Shown here piece by piece: positions 1 through 13,427 of a DNA stretch of 64,000 nucleotides; within the stretch, counting starts at the first letter, position 1, and each line of letters starts with the position of its first letter. The DNA is from Marsupella aquatica. Lineage: Eukaryota > Plantae > Marchantiophyta. Position numbers and translations under genes: made by a program. The notes below the pieces were generated by a model that saw nothing but the letters and a program-made list of their open reading frames with translations, had not been told where the DNA came from and ran no database searches. Where the stretch lies: contig OZ316892.1 of assembly GCA_973895155.1 (NCBI GenBank), positions 634,917 through 698,916 on the forward strand, in the 5' to 3' direction.

Positions 1-90
1 ATCGACTCAAGTGCATCGGGACAACAGAAGGCTACTTTGAAATAGTTTCACACTCACGGACTGTAAGCAACCTCGATCGATCAGGCTACC

Positions 91-516
91 ATGTCGACTG
101 CCGCTGCTGTCTCCGGATCATCTGATCGTGAGTATATCTATGAGAGCAGTTTACCAGCTTTCAAGTTCCCGGAGAATTTGACTCTTCCCCAGTTGGTTCT
201 GGAAGCTGTGGACTCATACCTTGACAAAGTCGCCATCGTGGACAGTTCAGATGAACGAAAGTATACTTACGGGCAGGTTCAAACTTTGGTGAAGAATGTC
301 ATCGCAGGACTGATTGAGCTGCGCACCAGGAAAGGAGACGTGGTTTGCATTGTCCTCCCAAACACGGCGTAGTAGTTCCTTCTGGTCTTTGGCATTATGA
401 GCGCTGGAGGTGTCTTTTCAGGAGTTAACCCCTACGCTCATCCGAAGGAAATCGCCAAGCAAGTGAGCGATTCGAAAGCGAAGATCATCATTACTGATCC
501 TGCAACTTGTGTCAAG
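91..516 (+). pseudogene. 4-coumarate:CoA ligase-like (AMP-binding enzyme) first exon, disrupted
   Basis: Translation ...YTYGQVQTLVKNVIAGLIELRTRKGDVVCIVLPNTA**FLLVFGIMSAGGVFSGVNP...KEIAKQVSDSKAKIIIT matches the 4CL N-terminus. Two consecutive in-frame TAG codons at 370-375, GT donor at 517, and no downstream 4CL exons recognised in the window. Confidence 0.85.
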
Positions 517-1081
517 GTACGAAGGAGGAGCGCTTCAAGTCTCCCGCTAGATAGAACATGCATACTGACACTTTATATCGAGTGATTGATTCGGAGTAAT
601 GACAGCTGAAGAGTCAGTTTGTTCACAAGAACAGATTCCTTTGGTATATCTGTACATAGAGCTTTATCTACAATTTTAAGACGTGAGGTTTAGGATTTAT
701 GGGAACTTCATTCAATTTCTATCTAGATAGGCAGATCGAAGTAAATCTTTAGACAGTACATTTCGAACTTGTCTACAGGTCAAAGTCGTTTTCGAAATCG
801 AAGGCACTGATCAATTCTCTGTGCTAAAGATGGAATCAATGTGTAAAGTCGTCCGAAGAGATTTAACAAGATGCTATATGTAAATTCTAAATTGCAAGAG
901 CGTGTTCAAATTCTTTTTCATATGTGTGCTTCAAAGCAGCCATCGGGGGACGACTTTACACCCTAAAATATATAACATTTTGAGTGGCTCCTCAAGTATG
1001 TCCAAACAACAGCGTTCTCATTCAGCTGTAGGAGTTGGGCTCCCTTGGTTACCATCAATACAACCTCTTACACTTACTTAC

Positions 1082-1257
1082 CATGACACTATAAAGTTCC
1101 AAGAGAGTCTTGATAGTGGCTCACATATCATGACACTATAAGTTCCAAGAGGGTCTTGATAGTGGCTCACATATCTTGACACTATAAGTTCCAAGAGGGT
1201 CTTGATAGTGGCTCACATATCATGACACTATAAAGTTCCAAAAGTGTCTTGATAGTG
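1082..1257. repeat. Tandem minisatellite, unit ~46-47 bp, ~3.8 copies
   Basis: CATGACACTATAAAGTTCCAAGAGAGTCTTGATAGTGGCTCACATAT repeated head-to-tail with a few variants. Confidence 0.9.
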
Positions 1258-3279
1258 ACTACAGGACTCATTGTGTTCTTGTGTCTGTCCCTCACATTGT
1301 TCAAGTGTTTGAGTCAGTGAATGGCACTACAACAAAAGCAAGTTACACAATCATTGGGGTAAGTCAGGCCATCAATGTAGAGCACACTGATCCCAAGGGA
1401 CCCTGTAATTGACATAAGGGTATCTTGAAACACGACATTTACACCATGATTAAAACATTGTCTGTTGCCACCCTGGTTGTTCCAAGTTTGCCACAGCCCT
1501 GTACCCACCTGTCCTGCCTTGGTATGGCAAATGGCAAGTATAGTATGACCCAATACTGTGTTGCACAGTATTGTCAAGTATAAAAGATGATGAGCAGAAG
1601 TGTTGCAAAGCATTAGTGAGATGGTCAGGTAATTGGACAGTGTGAGGAGTCTTCGGTCTGACAATCGGATTCAAAGAGTGCGTGCTGAAGGGAGAGTGTT
1701 GGGTTGGGTGTGGAAAAGGTAGACAGTACCATTAGGATCATCTCACATGTTAAAGTCTACAAAATGAGTGCTTAGATTCACAAATGGTATTGGACAGAAA
1801 TTATAGGTGGAACGTTCCTGAAACCAACCACAACAAAGCTAAACATTATCAAACAAATTGGGAAAATTGTCATGTGACCTGCCAAAGTGAACAAGGACAC
1901 TCTATATTCAAGAACTGATAACATCCATAACTTTCTCATTAGACATATATTGAATATGAAGCCTACGTTTGCCAAATTGTCTTACTGAATTGTATTGTGG
2001 CTATCGTTTGGAATTAAAAACAACCAATCATAGGAAACAGTCACAGAACTCGACTACCTTAACACTTAGCTCCGGCGTCGTTGACTCCAACATCGAGCTC
2101 CCTTATAATCCAGGCCCGGATAGGCCATGCGGGGAGGACTTAACATGAGGAGACTTGTGGGCAATGGGACGTGGCACTAGCGAAGGCAAGGCGCCAAGCT
2201 GGTGACACGCACTAAGGACTTAGACTAGCTGTGAGCTGGTCGGGTCAAGGGGAAAGGGGCCGGGCTCAAGGTCGACCGTCCGGATCCCCGGACGGACTTT
2301 GAGTTCTGAGGGCTTGATTGTGAGCTCCTTTTGGGCCCAAAGCCAATGGAGTTGACGCCATGGGCAACGGACGCTTGGGGCGTGAGTTATGGCCTGACCG
2401 GCAATGAGATCTGAGGGCCTAGGCATGAGCACTGGGTTGGCCCGATCACAACGAGCTAAGGCACTCCGCTTGCGGACGCCTAACGAGAAAGTTATGGGCG
2501 TTGCCAGTTGGTGGCGCTCCCAGTATGCGCGATAAGATCTGGGTTGGAGGCCAAACGTTTAGGGACCAAAACTGGTCTGGGGGTGGCAGGTCTCCATAAG
2601 CATATATGAGGGGAGTGGTGTCTCCCTAGGGGCTAAGAGCCGTATTCCATCAGCCCTCGATGGTTGGCATCCGCGATCACCCTCAAACCTCCGCCCTTCT
2701 TGGAAACAATCACAGCCTCCGCCCTTCTTGGAAACAATCACAGTCGTTCACGACTTCAGGGTGGCCCCCAAGTTCAACTTCGGGGTGGAAGGCTCATCGG
2801 GCCTTCCACTCTGCTTTGACGGCCCTCGTGATGACTGGTTCCGACGGTGAACGGGTGTTCTGACCGTCAATAGCCGTTTTGCAATCGGTTGCAGTCGGTC
2901 ATATCGATGACGGCATTCGGGGTCATGACGGGTTTTCCTGATGGAGCAGGCTGACATTACATGGCGCTAGCGCCCCTTTTTGCTGATCAATCTCTCAAAC
3001 ATGGAGAATACGTCTTGGAATCCTGCCCGTTTGCGCATCATCTTCGTCGCTGCCCTCAACTTGGATGCAAGGAAAAGTTTACCAAATTCACTAGCCCTCG
3101 GTGAGCTTCACTTTGTATTGGAAATTTTGTGAATTGCTTCTTTTCATTGGGAACAATTCTTGTGCTAACCGTTGGGAATTGATGTCATTCGTCTTCTTTT
3201 CAGAGAAACTTGTGAGCATTCAACTCTGCGATCACACTCCTCCCCGAGCTCATCTGTCGAATCAAGCTTCTCAGGTATA

Positions 3280-4305
3280 ATGGCGACTCAATCTGCTAGT
3301 GGAAGTGTTCAGTCTGGCTCAAATCAATCTCGAGAAGTTGGTGGAGCTATGGCAAATGGGCCTCGTCCTTCTGCACCTGCTTCAGATCAACCCCCCACTA
3401 GGCAATGGAGACTACATGAGCTGCTTCTATTGATTGCAGCAAAGCGGATGGAACATGAGACTTCCTTGAATCACACATCGAGAGAGCGAATCAAGACTGC
3501 AGATCAAAAGTGGAGAGAAATTTTGGCAGTCCTTGCAAGAGATAGTGTGACACGACAATCAATGCAGACCAAGAAACGTTGGGAGAAATTGGTAACAGAC
3601 TTCAAGAAAGTGTATGATTATCAAAATCATGTAGGGAGTGGCCAATCTGACTACTATGAAATGGGCAGCGATGAAAGGAAGAACAGGAAAATTCCCGTGA
3701 ATTTCGCTCACGAATTATTTGATGCCATGGAGTGCTGGAGGGGCACTCATCAAGCGATCAATCCATCTCCAAACCAGGTGGTGGACAGTGGAGATGTCGA
3801 GGAAGAGCTCATGCAGGAGGCTGGGCAAACTGATATCGGGCATACTCAACATGCTATAAATACAAATTACAGAGAGGAAAATAATGTGGAGGTAAATTCT
3901 CCACTTCCTATTCCCACTCCTGCAATGGAAACTTCAGCAGCAGGATTGCAACAAGGAACGCCTCCATCAGGGGCAACAGGACTACACCAAAGATCACCCC
4001 CATCAGGAACGCAATATATTGGGGTCAAGAAAAGTCGTCGAGATAAACTTGACGAGCAGTTCAAGAAGACTACAAGTTCCTTTCTAGATTTCCTTGGGAA
4101 AGACTCAGCGAGGAAGATTCTTGAGGATGAAACTAGTCGCACCTGGGACAAGGAAAAGCATGAAAGTCTTGTAGATCTTGACATGAAAAAGCACGAAGAA
4201 ATGATACGTCAACAGTCACACATGGCTGCCGCTATGTCAAATGCCATCACAGGGATCTCCGACTCAATTCGATTCTTTGCCACAGAAGTAGCACGTAAGA
4301 AGTAG
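3280..4305 (+). CDS. Myb/SANT-like (trihelix-type) DNA-binding protein, probable second ORF of a PIF/Harbinger element
   Basis: Intronless ORF from ATG 3280 with W-x-W-x-W spacing (QWRLHELLLLIAAK...DQKWREI...KKRWEKLVTDFKKVYDY), a YYEMGSDERK..IPVNF motif and a charged C-terminus. It is convergent with a Harbinger transposase once the L1 is removed. Confidence 0.8.
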   Translation: MATQSASGSVQSGSNQSREVGGAMANGPRPSAPASDQPPTRQWRLHELLLLIAAKRMEHETSLNHTSRERIKTADQKWREILAVLARDSVTRQSMQTKKRWEKLVTDFKKVYDYQNHVGSGQSDYYEMGSDERKNRKIPVNFAHELFDAMECWRGTHQAINPSPNQVVDSGDVEEELMQEAGQTDIGHTQHAINTNYREENNVEVNSPLPIPTPAMETSAAGLQQGTPPSGATGLHQRSPPSGTQYIGVKKSRRDKLDEQFKKTTSSFLDFLGKDSARKILEDETSRTWDKEKHESLVDLDMKKHEEMIRQQSHMAAAMSNAITGISDSIRFFATEVARKK

Positions 4306-5080
4306 AATTGTATCTTGAAAATGGCTAGAACGCAAGCTAGTACATTGGATCAAATGTCTGTCGTCATTGCCCGAAGAACATTCCGCAACCGATCTGTTTT
4401 GTGAAATTCCTGCTTGGTACTGTGCTAGCTTTTCCTCTCACATTTTTCCAACACCCTCTGCATTTTGGGAATGCGACTGTTGCTCTTCATCGTCATCGCG
4501 GCAACAAGGGCTTTAGGACAGACTTGTGGTTTGAAGAAGCAAAACTACGGCACTGTTGTTATCAAGATGAAGACATACAGTAGGGCAAAGTTTTAAAGTA
4601 GGAAGGCGGTCAGCTGGAGTAATTCTCTGTTGCAAAAGAGAATGAAGTTTGGTTTGATTTGTAGATATCACTTTGAATGTGTCTCTCGCAGGGTGCTGTT
4701 TTTTATCATTCGAACATTTATTGTCGCACAATTCTGTTCTTATGTGTATATACATGTAATTCCATCTATATCAATAAAAAAGGCTGCTCCCAATCACGAG
4801 CACTGTTGGCATCCTTCGTACTGTGGGCCCTGGTTAAATATGATTCCCGAGAGTATGTTGAACATTTGTGTATTTTCTATGTTGGAATGGTGATTGTCAA
4901 CCCATTGTTAACATATTTTGACACAAACATAGCGGCAAGTATGTTTGTCATGTCGATCAATTAAACTTAGAAAACTTGACGACCATAGCTCAGACAATTG
5001 GATAGGTTTACGAGTGGAAACGCAGCGGCTAGAACGCAAGCTAGTACATTGGGTTGAATGTCTATGGTCATTGCTCGTAG

Positions 5081-5300
5081 AACATTCCTGCAGAGTTTAG
5101 CTGTAAACACTTGCCAAACAAAGATGAGCCAATTGTTCTTCAAGACGCCCAGGGACTCAAATGGGACACTAAGTATTTGGCCAGGAAGAATTCTCTGAGC
5201 GAGGGATGGAGTCGGGTTGCCATGGACCACCATTTAGAGCCAGGCGATGCCCTTGTTTTTGAGTTAGTCAAGCCTCTGGAATCCACTTTGAATGCATTTT
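5081..5300 (+). pseudogene. Isolated B3 DNA-binding domain exon (REM-like)
   Basis: After an AG acceptor at 5079-5080: NIPAEFSCKHLPNKDEPIVLQDAQGLKWDTKYLARKNSLSEGWSRVAMDHHLEPGDALVFELV, which fits the B3 pattern (F..HLP, L.D..G..W, L..GW......H.L..GD.LVF). Confidence 0.8.
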
Positions 5301-6344
5301 TTGCTTCAATTTGGAGACGTTGGGAGTATTGGATTAGCTGAGGATTTGGATCTCGGACAATTCTCGGTGTTTGTTTGATTGGACTTTCAAATTGGTTCGG
5401 TCGATGCAAGAATAGTGCTCTGAATCTGCAATTGACAGGGCAGAGGAGTTCCTTGGCCGCCTACAAAGATTTCTTTGTTCCAAGCGCTTTGTGGATCTCG
5501 GGATTTCACAACTCAAAGTCATAGCAGGAGGAGTTTCTCATCAAGGTTGATGGATTGACGTTGGATGCAAATTTAATTCAAGCTTTGACGAACAATCAGG
5601 AGGTGACCAGTACGTTTTTGGGAGCGCTTGTTGGCAGTGGACGCAAAACACATTATCTTTGCTCTCTTTGTCACCGTGATAGTTGTGTTGAGCATGAGCC
5701 ATCACGTTTTGGCTAGGCATCTCCTTAAAGGTACGCTGAGAAATAGTAGGAGTTCAACACATTGCAGTGTATGAAGTACTTTGTTACCAGGGCATTATGG
5801 GCAGTAATGGTGAAGCCCTAGTTTTTGGAGCATTACAGCCCACAATGTCCTGGAAACACGAGACCAGTATATACAAAGGACAAGTGTGCATATATATTCT
5901 TCTACCAAAAGAGTAACTTTTTACTTATGCTCAGAAAGAAGCTTCATCAAAGAACAATGCCAACCGGAGCACAAGGTTTGGACTTCTCATCTCTGTAGCG
6001 TACAGCAGCTGCTCGATTATGATTGTGTAACTCTGTTGGACAAACATATCAACTTTAGGATTCTTGTTCATGTTCTTGGCCCACACAATAATGCATCGTA
6101 TAGACGATTAGACAGGCAACTAGATTTGTCACTATAGCCAACCGTCGGCCAGCTCACAAAACAAAAACATGTACATGGACTGTGGTTTGCGATGGCGTGT
6201 TACTGTTGGCGGCCAGTCATTTGCTCGATAAGTTGCTATTCTCTTGCTCTAGTGTATCTCACAGCTTCACCGGGACATCCCAATTGTGACGTGCAGCATC
6301 TCTAGCCGCAAAGGGCAATGATCAAGAGAGAGGAGGGGGGCAAG

Positions 6345-6401
6345 TTATACTAAATTATATGACTCACAGGTACTAACACCACTCTCTGTGATATTTGCAA
6401 C
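6345..6401 (-). pseudogene. PBG1: 20S proteasome beta-7 subunit fragment, last exon
   Basis: On the minus strand, TTTGCAG|VANITESGVSTCESYNLV* resembles the IAKITEEGVT.S.PY C-terminal exon and continues the exon at 13740-13925. Confidence 0.75.
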
Positions 6402-7274
6402 CTGCAAATAACAAACAATTCAACGCGTTAATACTTAAAGATCAGCATCAACCTTTCAAAATCAATACCATCCACATTAAACAGGACATTAACATGGGAG
6501 GAGCTGAGCGGAGCTGAGCGGAACTGAAGAACTGACAGTTGTGGTTGGGGGTTTTGTTGGAGGTCTCGGATCGACGGTGTTGGTCGATCTCTGGTTTTGA
6601 GTACCTGTGATGTTTACTTCCTGGATGGAGGGGAGATTTACTTTGTTTAGAGCCTAACTTTGCGAACTTTGACTTCCCTAGAGTTGATCATCGCACTTTA
6701 AATGGAATTAGGGCTTTGACACATCTCGCGTCGGTTATACTGAATCGGCACTTTGTTCGAAGGTTTAAGGTCTCTCCAGCTTAACAGGGTTTTGGGAACG
6801 GGGCTTGCCGACGCCTACGTGAAGGACAGAAGAATGGATCAACTTCGTAGTGCCTCTGAGAATTAACAGGAGATTTGGTGCGACGGTCCGCTCGGTGACT
6901 GATTCCTTGGTATAGCCGGTGTGCGCTTCTCGAGGTCACGGGCTTGAAAATCTCTTTCACCCCAAAATTGAGGCTGCTGTCTCACCTCTTAGAAGACCTC
7001 GTCCTTCTACTGATTCGGTGCTTCCTGCGGTAAAGGTTGAACAGGCTTGGTTCTCTTGAGACACATTTTGTCTCTCAGACTTGGTGAGATTCTTCCCTCT
7101 TTCATACCTGCATTCAGGCGACATTGTTGAGCTTCTGCTATGCTCGAGCTGGCTTGCTTGTATCATACTTCCGCTCCCCTTTTTGTTGTTGCCTTTTGCA
7201 GAGATTTCTCTCTTTTTGACTGGCTGTGGAGCACCTCTCGCTCTCGGTCATTCATTACTGAATTACATTGCTTC

Positions 7275-9440
7275 ATGGGTTTCAATCCGGGACGCTCTTC
7301 TTTTCCCGGTGGACGTGGGGCTCTTATGATGGGGCCTACCTTCTTGCGTGAGGGTCAGGCGCATCGGGATGACGAGGGCAGAGCTGGACACTGGAGAGAA
7401 CAAGACACACTGGAGAGGAATCGTCGTTCTTATCCTGAAAGCCAGGATTCACCCCAAGCATCTCTCCCTGATAAGAGCTTTTCTGGCCAGGATGCACGCT
7501 CTGATTCAGCTGCACCGCTACGTAAACCCACCTTTGACCAGAGCAATTCTGTTCGACCTCCTGAGCCACAACAAAGCTGGTTTGGCCTTAAGCCCTCAAG
7601 AGACAACACAGACGGCTTCTCCCGATGGAAATCCTACCTGGCTCCCGCGGGGTCACCGATGGACGCGCTTGAAGGAAGGAAGACACCACCTTTCGCAGAT
7701 AACTACCGGGATGACATTGGAGATCGACGAGAAGAGGATGCACAGGCCATGAATATTGACACCCCCACAGGAGGGAACGGGCCTCTTAGAACTCCAGTTG
7801 AATCATGTCCAGCTGATGCTGCTAAGGGCTCTCGACATGATCGTGGACTGGCATCGGCATCAGAGAGGACGGATGCTGCTACGGCTTGCCTCCCCATTCT
7901 TAGGCGCATTGCTGATATATCCATATAGGATTGGCCCTCCAAGCTCCACACTACTATCAATTGGTCAATTGAAGAGGCTGCGGAGACGGTAAATGATCTC
8001 TTCAACTGCACTATGATGTGTTATTTTACTAATCGAGCACCTATGTTGCCTTCCTTTAAATTCTGGGTGGAAACAACTTTGGTGGCAGAGATGAACTGGC
8101 CGGTGTCTCAGGTTAAATTTGTCGGCAAGAACTTCTACATGGTGGTTTTCAAGAATCCTGCACATCGTGACGCAGCATTGGCGTACGCTCCTTGGTTTTT
8201 GGAGCAAAAATTTGTGTTCACCTTTCCCTGGGATCCATCCTTTGATATCAGGAACGAAACCTACACGATGTTACCCGTTTGGATTGAGATACCTTTTCGG
8301 GCTTTAGTTCTGGAACCCTGTCGCAGGATGCTTGCTGCTTCTCTTGGGGATATCTTACATTATATTCAAGGCGACGAGCTTAGTTCTTACCCCCATGATT
8401 GGGCCTGCATCCTATGGGACACGCAACGTGAGTTTCCCTTGAGTGTAGAGGTTCGCTTTCAGGAAGGGCTCTCTATCTGGCAACCGGTCATTTTTAAGAA
8501 TATCCCTTTCCATTGCTTTCGTTGCAACAAGAAAGGACATCTGGCACGAGACTGTAGACTCTATGAGGAGGTTGCACCAGACGAACGCCCCCCCACGGAT
8601 GCTACATCGATCCCCCCGGATTTTGCTGGGGCCGAAGCACCGGTGGTTGCTGTCCCGACTACGGAGGTTCATGCTGGACTCGCCATTGCTGCCCTGGGAG
8701 AAGATCCTGCTTTTGTTCCTGGTGCAGGAGCTCTGCCATCTACGAGTGATGGAGCTCTTTTTGGAAATCCCCAGGATCATGCTGCTGAGGATCTGCTGGT
8801 GGTGATGGATCGGGCCATTGATGAGTCCGCTGAGAGGTTAGGATTGGATACCTCTGCGATGCATATCCTCTCCGACTCAAATACTATTCCTAAGGTTATC
8901 CAGGATTTACAGCAGTGGACCTCAGCTACGACTCCCTCCTCGACTGGTTTATTCATCCCTGGCGAAAACTCACCGGTATCTGGTCTACCTCTGGGACAGG
9001 CTGAAATGTTGGCGCCAGCCTCTCTAATTGAGGGCGCCCTGGATAACATGGAAGAGGTTGAGGAGGAACTCTCTACCTCGGAGATTGCCTCAGACATGGA
9101 GCTGTCTGAATATGAAGGTTTCATTTCTCGTACTGCAATTAAAAAGGATCAAGCGAGGAAATTGGCCAGAAGATCACCACCCGATGACAAGAAAAAAGAG
9201 AAAGATAAGAAGAAAGCTAAAAATCAAAAATCCTTACACTTCGCTCCTGGTTCCAATGTGCAGGACGCTGAAGGCTGGGTGACGCCCAGTCGAAAGCAGG
9301 CTAAGGATCTGAAAAAGGGATCTAGGATTCCCCCGATTGAGATGGACGCTTCGGCCAGCCCCTCTGGTTCGGCATTGAAAGGCTCTCCCGACATTCTGCA
9401 TTTGGTGACTACAGGCGCTGCCAGTAGTCCGACTCTCTAG
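7275..9440 (+). pseudogene. L1 ORF1 (DUF4283/RRM-like region + CCHC zinc knuckle), one premature stop
   Basis: ORFs 7140..7928 and 8013..9440 share a frame, broken by TAG at 7926-7928. Motifs PWFLEQKFVFTFPWDPSF, PVWIEIP and CFRCNKKGHLARDC. The start ATG is uncertain. Confidence 0.85.
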
Positions 9441-9500
9441 TTCCTACGATGGACTTTCTCTGAGTTTGGCAAGACGTTCTGCCGAAGGAAGAAATCTGTC

Positions 9501-12500
9501 ATGGCAACGTTTACATTTGCATCCTGGAATGTGTGTGGGCTTTGTGATCCTGATCGCAAAAATGTTGTGCTGCAATGGACCTCCACTTTGAGACCTCCCC
9601 TAGACGCCCTCGCGCTTCAGGAAGTAAAAGCTGATGGCTTCCGCCTCGATCTCGCCCTTAAAACTATTTTACCCAATTATCAATTCTTTTACTCTGCCCC
9701 TGATGAAGGTCGAGGTGGAACTGCTATTCTTCTCAACCCCTCCTTCAAGGTCCTTGGATCGGGATAGCTTGACAGAGGGAGAGCAGTCTGGGTCCAGTTG
9801 AAGCATGCTGATGGGAACTTTGGACTCATCAGTGTGTACGCACCTAACTCAGAAGGCGATAGAACATTGTTGTGGAATGATCTGAAGAATGAGCTTCCCC
9901 ATGACAGATGGGTACTCTGTGGCGATTTTAATATGACGGAATCCAGAGTAGACTCAACGGGTCCCTCTCCACTGATCCGCGGCAGAGAGCTAGAGTTCTG
10001 GAGGTTTCTTAAGCTTAGATTGGATTTGCAGGACGCTATCTCCATCCTTGGTCACGTAAATGGATCCAAATTCACCTGGCGACGAATTCGCAATGGAGTG
10101 TTGGTTCAATCCCGATTAGATCGCTTTTACTTCAGCGAAAAAGGCAGATGGACTGCGGAACTATTGGAACTCAAACATGATGGAACTTCGGCCCTTTCTG
10201 ACCATGATCCCATACTGATATCCTTTTGCCTCAACCCACCACTCCTGTCTGAAACCAACCAGCGTCGCGCCACCTATTTCAAAGCTAACCCAGCTGTACT
10301 CAGGACTGCAGATAATCTCGAGAAGTTGGAAGCCGCTTGGACGGGAATGACGGATCCCCCTTCTGACCCTCACATGAGATTTGCATAGGCTTTTCAAAGG
10401 ATAAGGCAATGCTATATGACCCTACAGGCTTCTCCCCTTCCACGCGACCAGGAGATGTTACTATTGAAAGAGAAACTTCGCCTACTGAAGATTACAATCA
10501 TGGAAGATTACTCCCCCGATAGCATCAGGGATTTTGCAAACACTGAGGACAGTGTACGTTCTTTAGAGCTAGAAGAAGCGCATCACTGTCGAAGACTCTC
10601 TCGAATTAAATGGCTTGGGCAGGGGGATGAGCCTTCTAAATTCTACTTCTCAACTGTGAAAGCAAAGAGGCAGTGAGAAAGAATGGAGTACTTGGTGGTG
10701 GAAGGAGGACGCGAAATACGGGATGAAAAACTTGTGGTTCAAGAAGTACAGAGCTTCTGTGAGGCCCTTTACTCACCACCTGTGCGGACTGCTGAAGCCC
10801 TCAGAGATATGTATGCAGCTCGTAGAGAACTGACCCAAACCACTCATTTTGCCCCTTCGTCGGCAGAAATCAAAATGCTGGAAGAGCTTCCCTCTACGAG
10901 AGAGATACAGGAGACACTAATGATGCTACCCAATGACAAGGCTCCTGGAATCGACGGAATGACGGCAGAAGTGTTCAGAGCTTGCTGGAACTTCATGGAA
11001 GCCGATTTTCATGACATGATTTCTGATTTCTGGAGGACAGGACAACTTGCCTCCTGTATCCGTGATGGTGTGATTCGGTTTATTCCGAAGAAAACGGATA
11101 AACGTCGTTTAGGAGATTGGAGAGCTTTGACCATGCTTACCACTACCTATAAACTCATTGCTAAACTGTTGGCCCTCAGGTTAAAAATACTACTTCCCAG
11201 TATGATTAGCCCGCAACAGACTGGCTTTATCCCTGGTAGGCACATACTGGAAAACATCTCCCTCACCTGGCTGGCCAATGATTGGATTAATTGTACCAGG
11301 ACGCCATCTCTTTTCTTGAAACTGGACTTTGAAAAAGCTTTTGACAGAGTAGATCATTCCTACATCTGGGAAACGATGTACTTGTTAGGGATAGGATCCC
11401 ACTTTATTTTTCTTGTCAAATCGTTGATTGGTGGTGCTACCTCCAGGGCTCTGGTTAATGGCCTCTGGACCGCTGATGTGAGGATGTGCAGAGGGGTATG
11501 ACAAGGCTGCCCACTTTCCCCTTTACTTTTTGTTCTATCTACTCAACTGCTCATGGATTTTTTCAAGGCTGAAATTGAGGCAGGTCGACTACAGGGTATA
11601 CAGGTGTCTTCAGTTTTGACTATCTGCTTTAGACTCTTTGCTGATGACCTTGGGATGTTCATTCCTGCCACAGCGGAGTCTTTTGAACAGGCTAGATGTG
11701 CTATTAATTGCTACGAGCGTGCGACGGGTGCTAAATTAAATCTAAGCAAATCGGTGGTGGTGCCTATTGCATTAGATGACATCCCTGGTTGGCTTAGGGA
11801 GACTGGCTGCCTAATCAGTGCGGAAGGAGTTGTCCAAAAATACCTCGGGGTACCCTTCGGATACGGTCTCTCCGAGGCACAATTGCATGGTTTTTGTCTT
11901 GACAGGATCAGTGCCCAGCTCTCATCTTGGTCTACTCGGTTTCTTTCATTCACTGGTCGGGTGCTACTGGTCAAGCATGTCCTACAGGCTATCCCGGTCT
12001 ACCACATGATGTTTCTCAGGTCACCTAGTTCCTTGGCTAAGAGACTGATAGCCTTGAGTCGGGTCTTTCTATGGGGGATGAATAAACAGGGAGGGAAGCG
12101 GATCCCCCTGGTGGCCTGGTCCAAGTTATGTCGACCCAAGATGGAAGGTGGTCTGGGCTTTAAAGAATTTCGCAGTCATTCTGATGCCCTCTTGAGCAAG
12201 TGGTTTACTGGAGCACTGGATCATCCAGGGTCGGAGTGGGCTCTAATGTATGCTGAGAATTTACTGCTGACAAAATGGAGAAACTTTAAGACTGTCCGTA
12301 GAAACCGCTACTCCATGCAGGACAAGATTCTTTTGAGCACACCTCGTTCTTTTGGCCGTTTACAGTACACAGGACAGATTTGGAGTGCTTGGATGCAGGT
12401 GAGAGGGAATCTGATCTTCTGTCCTGGCACCGGCTCAATTCCCGGTCATTGGGGGATCGAAGACCTTCTTAGATGCTTACATGGATACTACGACTTGCAG

Positions 12501-13427
12501 GAGGACATCAGAACTAGCATTGTTAAGATTTGTGGGAAACTGGGGATCAGGAAAGTATGTGACTTTTGGTCCCCTGCTGTCCACGAGTGGAAGGACTTAC
12601 ATGATAAGATGCATCGCATTCGTGGGCTCCCTGAGGATCTCAAGAGAACTTGCTTTGCTCTTCTGCATACAATCCGTTTGACTACCTTCCAGGGAAGTAA
12701 CGTGGACTCCCCTGCCAGACAATGGCGTTGGCTTGATCTTGCTTCACATCCCAAGCTATTTGTTTTATCTAATCATAGGATTTATGATATGCTCCGCACT
12801 AAGGGATCTGATTACGTTCGGCTAAACAGGATCTGGGATGTCATGCTTTCAGAGAAAGAATGGAGTGATGTCTGGCAGATTTCTTGGAAATCTGATCTGT
12901 CCACCAGGGCTAAAACCTTTGTATGGCGTGTTCTTGCCCAGGGCCTGTTCTCCGGATCCAGGGCTTTGCGGATTTTGAAGTCTGATGGCTGTTGTGAGCT
13001 CTGCCGGGGGGTGATTGAGACTATCCCACACCTTTTCTTTCACTGCCGACATGCACAGAGCTGCTGGAGCGAGACAAGTGGCTGGTTGAATGGACAGATT
13101 ATTGGCCAGGACTTTAGCATTTTTGATCTCCTACTGTCTTGCCGCGTGAAGTCCCCACTAAGCACATTACGTGCCTTTTTAATCTACCAAATCCTCTGGA
13201 ATATCTGGACTGCCCGGAATGGACAGATCTTTGACTTGACAAAGACCACGAAACGCAACTTTGATCAAATAGCTGTTATTTCTGGGACGCTTGATCATCT
13301 TTCTGGGGTGACAGTCACATCTGGAACAAACAAGAAACATGATCGTCTGATGGGTGCTACTGTTATGCTGGATAGAGAAAGAAGCAAGATTTTAGGTGGT
13401 AGAATTAGACGTATTGAATCTTCATGA
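9501..13427 (+). pseudogene. L1 ORF2 (APE endonuclease, reverse transcriptase, zf-RVT), four premature stops
   Basis: Endonuclease motifs SWNV.GL, LQE, GDFN, SRLDR, SDH; RT motifs KAPGIDG, LDFEKAFDRV, GV*QGCPLSP, FADD, KYLG; C-terminal CELC...ETIPHLFFHC. All five fragments are in one frame, with stops at 9765, 10386, 10674 and 11499. Confidence 0.95.

Noticed and set aside
1082-1257. Possible CRISPR-like array
   Set aside because: Units are head-to-tail with no unique spacers, in eukaryotic DNA with no cas genes. It is a minisatellite.
7926-11501. Stop-codon recoding or U-to-C RNA editing to rescue the L1 ORFs
   Set aside because: Reverse editing is known only for plant organelles. Methyl-C deamination in a silenced nuclear element explains the stops more simply.
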